Source: Candidatus Hydrogenedentota bacterium
Lineage (GTDB): Bacteria > Hydrogenedentota > Hydrogenedentia > Hydrogenedentales > SLHB01
Direction: 5' to 3'
DNA: 64,000 nt
Assembly (NCBI GenBank): GCA_016209895.1
Contig: JACQVH010000261.1
Location: 12,943-76,942, forward strand
Part shown: positions 1 through 6,853 of the stretch, piece after piece
Layout of the letters: every line of letters starts with the position of its first letter
How positions within the stretch are numbered: position 1 is the first letter of the stretch
The notes under the pieces: model-generated
Seen by the model: the letters and a program-made list of their open reading frames with translations, nothing else
What the model was told of the DNA's origin: nothing
Databases searched by the model: none
Made by a program: the position numbers and the translations under genes

Positions 1-596
1 TTCGCAGCCCGAAAAACGCCGAGTTGACGAGTTGCAGAATCTTCGCGCTCATCCCCACGTCGCGGCTCACCAGTTCTCCGATGACGCGGATCGAAGGGTC
101 CGCCGACCGGAGTTCCGCCATCAATTGCGTGTACGTGTCGGGCAGACTGGGCAGCGTCTGCAGGCGCGAAACTAGGTTCTTGAGGTTTCCGGAGCTCATC
201 AAGTCCCGCAGGGCAAACGCTCGCGCCACGAGCGAACGCAAGGTGTCCGCGTCGCACGGCTTCGAAATAAACTGATGCGTCGGCCCCACCGAGCGGAAGA
301 TGGTCTCCTTTTCGCAGTGCCCTGACAATACAAACCGAATCGTCTGCGGATATTTCCGCATGACAATGTTGAGGAATTCCGCGCCGTCCATGACCGGCAT
401 CCGGATATCGGTCACCACCACGTCGTACGGCTGCTTCTCCATCAGTCCCAACGCGTCGTGCGCACTCTCCGCGAACGACATCTCCCACTCGTTGCGGTAC
501 GGGTGCAGCATCCGCCGCAGCCCTTGCAAAATATGCGGCTCATCATCCACAAACAGGACTCGCCGCTTCACGACCTGCTCGGGTACCGTGCTCACA
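1..596 (-). CDS. Response regulator with N-terminal receiver (REC) and C-terminal HDOD domain. Partial: the C-terminus runs off the window start. Start is GTG at 596 or GTG at 571.
   Basis: Reverse-complement translation gives VSTVPEQVVKRRVLFVDDEPHILQGL...DIRMPVMDG...SGHCEKETIFRSVGPTHQFISKPCDADTL...LPSLPDTYTQLMAEL...VSRDVGMSAKILQLVNSAFFGL. These are typical REC (D-D-K) and HDOD motifs. The ORF track missed it because it is truncated and starts with GTG. Confidence 0.75.
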
Positions 597-639
597 TCTC
601 ACGCCCTCGCGAAAATCATAATCGCCACTTCGTAATCGT

Positions 640-800
640 CCGTTCGTAATCGAGCCTCGCGCTCGTACTCGTTAGTTCGTAATCGAGGTTCGTAATCGAG
701 GTTCGTGCTCGTGCTCGTAATCGTCCCTTCGTACTCGAGCCTCGTACTCGTCGCTTCGTACTCGAGCCTCGTACTCGTAATCGCGACCGAGCATCGAAAT
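640..800. repeat. Degenerate tandem array of about 11 units of 13-14 bp (ttcgtaatcgagg / ttcgtactcgagcc). Copy A of a dispersed repeat-element family, in inverted orientation relative to copies B and C.
   Basis: Direct reading shows ttcgtaatcgtccg ttcgtaatcgagcc ... ggttcgtaatcgaggttcgtaatcgaggttcgtgctcgt ... cttcgtactcgagcctcgtactcg. Its reverse complement matches the 22-mer cgattacgaacctcgattacga found at 1290-1380 and 3180-3300. Confidence 0.8.
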
Positions 801-809
801 CATCAGCAT

Positions 810-1235
810 CTACGCCTCATCCGCACCGCCGGGACCTCCTCGCTTCGGGTCAACTGCGTAAGTCTCTTCGGGCTCCCGCGCCCGATCAGCGCCCGACTCG
901 ACCATCCGCGACAACATGCTCACTATTCGGAGAAGCAGCGTTTTCCCCGGCTCGACCCGCGCCCTCGTACAAGCCCCCGACGCGACGAGCACATCAAGCG
1001 TCGCGGCACTGTCCATGGCCGAGCCGCGGGCGATCTCGAAGAACCGTCTCCGGTCACGAACGGAATGCTTTCCATTGCCCTCGGCGATGTTCAACGGAAT
1101 TGATTGTCCCGAACGAAGCAATTGGTCTCGTGCGTGGCGATGCTCGCCTTTCGACTCCTGGAGCAAGTTGGCCAAGTATGCCACGAATTCCAGGCTGGCC
1201 TGGTAGACATCCAGTTTCTCGTGGTCGAATCCCAC
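810..1235 (-). CDS. Four-helix-bundle protein of the 23S-rRNA-intervening-sequence protein family.
   Basis: The 141-aa ORF MGFDHEKLDVYQASLEFVAYLANLL...IPLNIAEGNGKHSVRDRRRFFEIARGSAMDSAATLDVL has the DVYQ and IAEG motifs characteristic of four-helix-bundle (TIGR02436-type) proteins. Confidence 0.8.
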   Translation of the reverse strand: MGFDHEKLDVYQASLEFVAYLANLLQESKGEHRHARDQLLRSGQSIPLNIAEGNGKHSVRDRRRFFEIARGSAMDSAATLDVLVASGACTRARVEPGKTLLLRIVSMLSRMVESGADRAREPEETYAVDPKRGGPGGADEA

Positions 1236-1289
1236 GATAGTTCTCCCCTATTTAGTCTGCGCACCGCCATTATGCCCGATTGAGCCAAT

Positions 1290-1380
1290 TTTTGACGAGT
1301 TACGAGTACGAATTACGAGACTCGATTACGAACCTCGATTACGAACTAACGAATACGAGCACGATCCTCGATTACGAGAG
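1290..1380. repeat. Copy B of the dispersed repeat element, containing cgattacgaacctcgattacga. Inverted relative to copy A and direct relative to copy C.
   Basis: Reads gagactcgattacgaacctcgattacgaactaacgaatacgagcacgatcctcgattacgagagccg. It shares an exact 22-mer and further blocks with 3180-3300. Confidence 0.8.
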
Positions 1381-1388
1381 CCGTTTCA

Positions 1389-3014
1389 CTAGCCACTAGC
1401 CACTTCCTCAATCGGCAGTCGGATAATGAACGTCGTCCCTTTTCCCGGTTCCGTTTCGAAGGAAATGGTTCCCCGGTGCTTGTCTACGATGACCGAGCGC
1501 GCAATCGCGAGGCCCTGACCAGTACCCTTGCCGACCTCCTTCGTGGTGAAGAACGGGTCAAATATTCGCGAGCGGATGGTCTCGGGGATGCCGGTCCCCG
1601 TGTCGGAGATGCGGATTTCGGCCCAGTCGTCGTCGCGCCGCGTGCTCACCGCAATTTGTCCCTTCTTTCCGCTCTTGCCTACTACGTCCGCAATCGCGTG
1701 CGCAGAGTTAATGAGAATGTTGAGGACGACCTGGTTGAAGTCCCCGGGCAAGCACGGGACCAGGGGAAGGCTCGGGTCGAAATTCATGGTCACTTCCGCC
1801 ACGTACTTCCACTCATTGCGCGCCACCGTGACCGTGCTTTCGATGGCGTGGTTAAGGTCCACGGGCACTTTGGCTTCCGTCCCCGGGTGCGAAAATTCCT
1901 TCATCGCCCGAACAATCTTCGTGACTCGCTGGATGCCTTCCAGGGATTGCTCGATCGCTTTCGGAATCTCTTCGCTCAGGTACTCGAGGTCTGCCTCTTT
2001 GGTCAGAGATTCAATCTCGTCCAGCAGTTGTGGATTGACCGCCCCCTGCTTGGCCGCTTGCCACAGGACGCGGTATTGGTCCAGCAAGCGGGCCAGATCG
2101 TGGAAGGCGCCTTGGAGAAAGCGCGTGTTGTCTCCCACAAACTGCGTCGGCGTATTGATCTCGTGGGCGATCCCCGCCGCCAATTGCCCAATGGACTCCA
2201 GCTTCTGCGCCTGTACCAGTTGGCTCTCCAGCACCTTGCGTTCGGTAATTTCGGCGCCCAGAAGCAGAAAGCCTTCGGGTTCGTTATTCGGGCCGAGGAT
2301 CGGATTCACCGTTATGCCCAGAAGGCCGTCCCGCCCGTCCGCGCGCTGGAAGCGCAGTTCCGCCAACCGCACGGGCCGGGTCAGTTTCAACCAAGCCGGC
2401 ACTTGTTTGGCCAGGGCGTTCCGATCCCAGGACAAGGGCGCATCCTCGAGCCCCTTACCAACGACTTCCGCCTTCCGGAGTCCGAATACTTTCTCCGCCA
2501 TGGCATTCCAGTCCGTGACCCGCAAGTCGGAGTCCACCCCGATCAGAAACGACGGGATCGAAGCGAGCAAGCGCTCGTTCTGAGCGTGGGCGCGGCGCAG
2601 TTCCACTTCGGCGGCGCGCACCGCCGCCTGCTGACGAGCCCGTTCCAGCGCCAGCCGCACCGCAGCCGGCAGCCGCATCACGAGGTTCGGCGATTTCAGC
2701 ACGTAATCGTCCAGACCGCCCTTCATGGCCTCCACCGCTACTTCCTCGTTCCCGGTCCCGGTGCACATAATCACCGGGCAGTCCGGATACCGACCGCGCA
2801 CCTCGTTCAACACTTTTAGACCATTGGTCCACCCTAGCCAATAGTCGGTGATCACGACCTCGAACCGGCCGTTATCGAGCGCGCGCTGAAGTTCCAGAGG
2901 ATTCGTGATCTCCTTCGCGTCCACCCGGGGGAACTCACGGCGCAACACGCGCAATATCAGGGAGCGATCCTCCGGGCTATCCTCCACCAGCAAAAGACGC
3001 GGCGTCATCTCCAT
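1389..3014 (-). CDS. Hybrid sensor histidine kinase: N-terminal REC, PAS, HisKA, HATPase_c.
   Basis: 541 aa. MEMTPRLLLVEDSPEDR...VITDYWLGWTNG is a REC domain. LASIPSFLIGVDSDLRVTDWNAMAEKVFG is PAS. AAGIAHEINTP is the H-box. DTGTGIPETIRSRIFDPFFTTK...GTGQGLAIA is the ATPase G-boxes. Confidence 0.88.
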   Translation of the reverse strand: MEMTPRLLLVEDSPEDRSLILRVLRREFPRVDAKEITNPLELQRALDNGRFEVVITDYWLGWTNGLKVLNEVRGRYPDCPVIMCTGTGNEEVAVEAMKGGLDDYVLKSPNLVMRLPAAVRLALERARQQAAVRAAEVELRRAHAQNERLLASIPSFLIGVDSDLRVTDWNAMAEKVFGLRKAEVVGKGLEDAPLSWDRNALAKQVPAWLKLTRPVRLAELRFQRADGRDGLLGITVNPILGPNNEPEGFLLLGAEITERKVLESQLVQAQKLESIGQLAAGIAHEINTPTQFVGDNTRFLQGAFHDLARLLDQYRVLWQAAKQGAVNPQLLDEIESLTKEADLEYLSEEIPKAIEQSLEGIQRVTKIVRAMKEFSHPGTEAKVPVDLNHAIESTVTVARNEWKYVAEVTMNFDPSLPLVPCLPGDFNQVVLNILINSAHAIADVVGKSGKKGQIAVSTRRDDDWAEIRISDTGTGIPETIRSRIFDPFFTTKEVGKGTGQGLAIARSVIVDKHRGTISFETEPGKGTTFIIRLPIEEVASG

Positions 3015-3179
3015 TCACCCGTTCTCCTGACTCGTGAGGACAGTATACGGATTTATGGGTGAGCGTGACTACTGCGAAGCAAGGAGAGAGGACAAATGCG
3101 GACTAAATCGCAGCGATTGGAGAATACGGGGGTGACAAAGGCGTACCGGCGCGAGAATATGGCGAGGAGCAGGAGAATC

Positions 3180-3330
3180 GCTTGCGAAACCCGATTACAA
3201 GTCGCGATTACGAACCTCGATTACGATTGACGAGCACGAACCTCGATTACGAGTCTCGATTACGAACCCCGAATGCAATCCCCGATCACGAGGACGAGAC
3301 ACTAGCAACTAGCCACTAGCCACAGACCAC
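3180..3330. repeat. Copy C of the dispersed repeat element, followed by a ctagcaactagccactagccac short tandem motif.
   Basis: Reads gtcgcgattacgaacctcgattacgattgacgagcacgaacctcgattacgagtctcgattacgaacc, then cactagcaactagccactagccacagaccac, directly after the stop of the 3343..3876 gene. Confidence 0.8.
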
Positions 3331-3342
3331 TGCGCGAAGCGC

Positions 3343-3876
3343 TCACTCCCCCAATTGCGTCTTGGCGTAGAGATACTCTTGGGAGTCGGCCGGAAACTTC
3401 TGTAGCATGTCATTGAAAAGGCGCCGGGCCTTCTCCGTCTCCCCCAGCTTTTCGTAACACGTACAAAGTTGCGGATAGACGTTACCGATGCCCTCCCAGT
3501 CGGGATGATCGAGCAGGAGCAGTTCGTAGCAACGGGCCGCTTCCGCGTAGTCCCGGAGTTTCTGCCGGTAAAGATTGCCCTGCGCGAGGCGGAGGCCAGG
3601 CGCGTCCGGCGATTTCGGGTCACTGTCAATCTTGGCCTGATGCTCGGCAATGGTGGCTTGAGCACGCACGTCCGGGGCTTGGCGCACCCGGGACGCGGGT
3701 GCGGGCGCTTCCGCCGTCAGGGCCCGGTCTGCCGGGGCGCCGGTCGCCATGCCGGGCTCCTCCTCCGCCGACCCGCCTCGCAGGAAGGCAAAGACACACA
3801 CCGCCAAGCACGCGACCAGCGCGACAATCAAGTATTTGTTCTGTTGCCAGACTTGGTTCCACACGGATTCGCTCAT
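3343..3876 (-). CDS. Membrane-anchored TPR-like protein. Last gene of the minus-strand pseudopilin operon, with a 4-nt start/stop overlap with the upstream gene.
   Basis: 177 aa with an N-terminal TM helix (LIVALVACLAVCVFAFL) and a C-terminal TPR-like region (AEAARCYELLLLDHPDWEGIGNVYPQLCTCYEKLGETEKARRLFNDMLQKF). Confidence 0.55.
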   Translation of the reverse strand: MSESVWNQVWQQNKYLIVALVACLAVCVFAFLRGGSAEEEPGMATGAPADRALTAEAPAPASRVRQAPDVRAQATIAEHQAKIDSDPKSPDAPGLRLAQGNLYRQKLRDYAEAARCYELLLLDHPDWEGIGNVYPQLCTCYEKLGETEKARRLFNDMLQKFPADSQEYLYAKTQLGE

Positions 3877-5558
3877 GCCGCGCCTATTTCTCGCCAGGAA
3901 ACCCGCGTATATACCAGGATCGGATACGCGCCGATCATCCCCATGGGCAGATTATTCGGCAGTTCCGGAACCTGGTATATCTCGGGTACGTTGGTGCCCA
4001 TATCGAAATAGTTCCCAACAAAGGTCCCCATGGTGGTGGTCTGTTTAGAACTCCTGACCGTGCCTTGAGCGTAGAAACCGCCCATCAGATAGAGTTGCGA
4101 AATCGAGCCGACGAGCATATCCCCGCGGGCCATAATGCCGAAGAAGTTATTCTCAGGAAAGCTATTGGCGGTGGTGCCATCCTTGTTCACGCTCAGCAAG
4201 TCCGTGTCCAATTCGACGTTACCGTTGACCAAGAGGGCGCCCCGGCCGGTGTAGTTGATGGTCTTGTCGCCGCCGCCCCCGCGCTCGATTTTCAAGTTGC
4301 CGTTAATCTGAACCTGCCCGTTAATCTCCATCAGGTCCGTGCCCCCGTTGAAAAGGATGTAATCATCGGTCGGCAACCGCAGCGCCGGATCGGTCTCGAG
4401 GGGACGTGTCGCGTTATAGTAGAAATTCGCATTGGCCTTGATCGTAACGTCTCCGACTTTCGGCGCACCCGTGAGCACTTGCTCGAAATACTGCGCATGC
4501 GTGTAATTCGAGCCTGTGAGCGGGTTTAGTACCGTTTTGCCCGTGAGCGGGTCGCGGTAGTCGCTGTCCAGCATTGGGTAGGGCACCTTGTTTCCCAAGT
4601 CGTACTTGTTGTCCCACCCGTTATCGCTAAAGAGTTTGGTCGGATCGCCGCGGTCGCCATCATCAGTTACCGACGTACCCGTCCACCCATCATTCACATA
4701 CGTGCCGTCCATCGTTTCTTTAAGCACGTTTCCGACCAAGTCCGGTTCGCCGATTTCGGAATTGCCGGACATACCGACCAGACCCTGTTTAACGCGCAGG
4801 TTGGCATTTAAGGTACCTATGGTTTCTCCATTGAAGTCCCGAGTTGGCAACGCCGGCACACGCGTCTGAAGCGTCGGTGGAATGCCCGCGTAGTTATTGT
4901 GAATTAAGCTGGTACCGCTCAAATCCAGCGCGGCGATCGCTTCGGTACCGTCGGGCAAATTGCCGCCCAGCAAGTGCACAGAACCATGCACACTGACGTT
5001 ACCGTTAATCAGGCCGCCGCCCTGGCCGTTGCCCGCGAAGATGGCATTGCGCCAGACGTTCACGTCGTAGGAGCGGACAACCGACTCCGTCGCGCGCCGC
5101 AAATCCTGATTGCTCCCCAAATTGCGCCCAAACGAATACACCGTATAGAACCCTTGCTCGGTTATGTCCACCGGATCAATGGCGCCGTTCAGGTTGTTGT
5201 CAATCTTGTCATTAAACCAGTCCTGCACATAAGCCATGTATTCGATGTCAGGCGTCCCTTCCAATTGCTCCGGCGCAATGCTCTCCTCGTCAAAGCTGGG
5301 AAGCGCCGACTGCCCCACCGGGATGCTCCATCCGCCTAGCCCAACGTTGCCGTCGTCGCCCTTGTCCAATTCGGCGAGCGCTTCGTTATATGCGGACTCG
5401 ACCCCTTGGAAGCAGTCCTCGAATTCCGCCTGGAAAGCTACGGACTGGTTTTGGGTGACAACCCGTACTACGAGCACTCCCAGGATTAGCGTAGCGACGG
5501 AGATGAAAATGATGGCCGTAATTAATGCAATGCCTTGACGATTCGTTTTCGTGTTCAT
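3873..5558 (-). CDS. Large GspK/PilX-like minor pseudopilin: N-terminal prepilin-like hydrophobic segment without a Glu+5, and a Gly/Asn-rich extracellular domain.
   Basis: 561 aa. MNTKTNRQGIALITAIIFISVATLILGVLVV resembles GspK-type N-termini (rqrGvALI...). The rest is hydrophilic and rich in G/N/T, consistent with a secreted tip-like protein. Confidence 0.55.
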   Translation of the reverse strand: MNTKTNRQGIALITAIIFISVATLILGVLVVRVVTQNQSVAFQAEFEDCFQGVESAYNEALAELDKGDDGNVGLGGWSIPVGQSALPSFDEESIAPEQLEGTPDIEYMAYVQDWFNDKIDNNLNGAIDPVDITEQGFYTVYSFGRNLGSNQDLRRATESVVRSYDVNVWRNAIFAGNGQGGGLINGNVSVHGSVHLLGGNLPDGTEAIAALDLSGTSLIHNNYAGIPPTLQTRVPALPTRDFNGETIGTLNANLRVKQGLVGMSGNSEIGEPDLVGNVLKETMDGTYVNDGWTGTSVTDDGDRGDPTKLFSDNGWDNKYDLGNKVPYPMLDSDYRDPLTGKTVLNPLTGSNYTHAQYFEQVLTGAPKVGDVTIKANANFYYNATRPLETDPALRLPTDDYILFNGGTDLMEINGQVQINGNLKIERGGGGDKTINYTGRGALLVNGNVELDTDLLSVNKDGTTANSFPENNFFGIMARGDMLVGSISQLYLMGGFYAQGTVRSSKQTTTMGTFVGNYFDMGTNVPEIYQVPELPNNLPMGMIGAYPILVYTRVSWREIGAA

Positions 5559-5560
5559 AG

Positions 5561-6145
5561 TCAGTTCCTCGGGACGACGGTTTCGGTGATGGTCGTGATC
5601 ATCACGGGCGTTCTCGGACCCGGGTTTCGTTGCGCCTCCACGGTGATGCGAATGCCGGTTCCATCCCGTTCAAACCACAACCCTCGCTCCAACCTACCGC
5701 TATTGTTTGCGTCCTCTCCAGCGTCCAGAGCGCCGTTCCCATTGGCATCTTCATTCGGCGCCACCCCGCCGGTAATCACGCGGGTGGTGGCCCCGTCAAT
5801 CAGCACCAACCGCCCCGCCGTGTCAACCTGCAAGGTACGGGGGGTGCCCAATTCCAAATTGCCGCCCGAATCCACCGGGGTGCCGTTCCCGTCCAAATCC
5901 GTGGCTTTGCGGTACGTCACGGTTCCGCCCGGGAAGACGTTCGTAAAGGAGTTATCCCCGGCACCGCGCAACTCGCGCACCAGGAACCACATGCCCATGC
6001 GCGCGTTGTCCAGCGTGGTGGTTTGCGCTTCTTGCGTCCGGGAGGCGAGATCCATACTGTCCGCCAGCAGGTACATCACGCCCACGACCAGCACCATGAT
6101 CGCCACCGAAATCATTACTTCGAGCAATGTAAATCCGCGTTTCAT
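5561..6145 (-). CDS. Prepilin-type N-terminal cleavage/methylation domain protein (pseudopilin, GspJ/PilW-like).
   Basis: 194 aa. MKRGFTLLEVMISVAIMVLVVGV carries the class III signal motif G-FTLLE. Confidence 0.72.
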   Translation of the reverse strand: MKRGFTLLEVMISVAIMVLVVGVMYLLADSMDLASRTQEAQTTTLDNARMGMWFLVRELRGAGDNSFTNVFPGGTVTYRKATDLDGNGTPVDSGGNLELGTPRTLQVDTAGRLVLIDGATTRVITGGVAPNEDANGNGALDAGEDANNSGRLERGLWFERDGTGIRITVEAQRNPGPRTPVMITTITETVVPRN

Positions 6146-6148
6146 GGC

Positions 6149-6601
6149 TTATTGCCTGAACATCGAGTTGACCGTGTACGTGCCCGGCCGTCCGCCCCGG
6201 TCCACCCACGATATCCGAACCCGAACCCGAAACGGGTTCGGGATTGCAGATGTGTCGCTGCCTTCTCCCACCGGCAGCGTAATCGTCGCGCCACTGCCGG
6301 TGATGCAGGCCACAGTGATCGTTTCGGACGCACCCAGGCCCGTCAAGCTTGGCGGCTCATATTCAAGGAGTTGTTCGTACGTAAGGTCGTGGAGCTCTTC
6401 CAGAATCGTCGTAACATGAGCGGTTGCCAGTGCCCGATCCGCGCTGACGGAGTGGGCGGTTGAAACGCTCATCAACGACGCCATTAACACGACCATGCTC
6501 ACGGTCGTCACGCCCGCGGCCAGCATCAGCTCGAGAAGCGTCATTCCGCTCTCGCTGCCGCGCCACATTCCAAACTGCTTTCTTCGCGTGGGTCGCACCA
6601 T
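6149..6601 (-). CDS. Prepilin-type pseudopilin. Start moved to an internal ATG (MVRPTRRKQFGMWRGSESGMTLLELMLAAGV) preceded by a GGGGAG ribosome-binding site. The track ORF extends upstream to 6796.
   Basis: The GMTLLELM prepilin motif sits about 20 aa after the proposed start. The upstream extension of the track ORF (MCNLAQYSVQ...) has no domain signal and lies in an AT-rich promoter-like region. Confidence 0.62.
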   Translation of the reverse strand: MVRPTRRKQFGMWRGSESGMTLLELMLAAGVTTVSMVVLMASLMSVSTAHSVSADRALATAHVTTILEELHDLTYEQLLEYEPPSLTGLGASETITVACITGSGATITLPVGEGSDTSAIPNPFRVRVRISWVDRGGRPGTYTVNSMFRQ

Positions 6602-6822
6602 CTTCACTCCCCAGTTCATCGGACACACCGTCATTGTAGCAAATGGCGCACTCCTCGGAGTCGCCACGCGACCGGCAACTAGTATCCCGCAGAATATCAA
6701 AAATTGCAACACCTTTTTTAAGTGCTTTTCCGGTATACCTTTAATGAACTCAGAGAGAGCATGAGATTGTACGGAATACTGCGCTAAATTACACAATATA
6801 TGGGTAAATTAACGCAAATTCA

Positions 6823-6850
6823 CCCCGGCTCTTGCGCCTCCGCGCCGGGT
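6823..6850 (-). terminator. Candidate intrinsic terminator hairpin downstream of the 6854..9010 gene.
   Basis: cccggc-tcttgcgcctccgcg-ccggg forms a 6-bp GC stem. On the minus strand it is followed by a T-rich run (tttgcgttaattt). Confidence 0.3.
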
Positions 6851-6853
6851 GTT

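Noticed and set aside
24-649. Plus-strand ORFs 24-275, 300-635 and 458-649 at the window start.
   Set aside because: They lie antisense to the clearly coding REC-HDOD gene, which has coherent REC and HDOD motifs on the minus strand, and they have no recognisable features.
640-800. Possibility that the 13-14-bp tandem units form a CRISPR array.
   Set aside because: The units are too short and degenerate. They have no unique spacers between conserved repeats and no cas genes nearby. They behave as a degenerate minisatellite / REP-like element.
1476-2819. Long plus-strand ORFs (447 aa and 351 aa) antisense to the hybrid kinase gene. Similar antisense ORFs occur elsewhere, e.g. 9057-10376, 15387-16217, 17358-18851, 25518-26129, 27938-29038, 51657-52937, 55588-56472 and 56863-57573.
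   Set aside because: High-GC genomes produce long stop-free antisense frames. These have Arg/Ala/Pro-rich low-complexity translations and no domain motifs, and they fully overlap well-supported genes on the other strand.
6602-6796. The 65-aa N-terminal extension of the track ORF 6149-6796.
   Set aside because: The prepilin motif GMTLLELM must sit near the N-terminus, so an internal ATG with a GGGGAG ribosome-binding site is a better start. The extension runs into an AT-rich promoter-like region.
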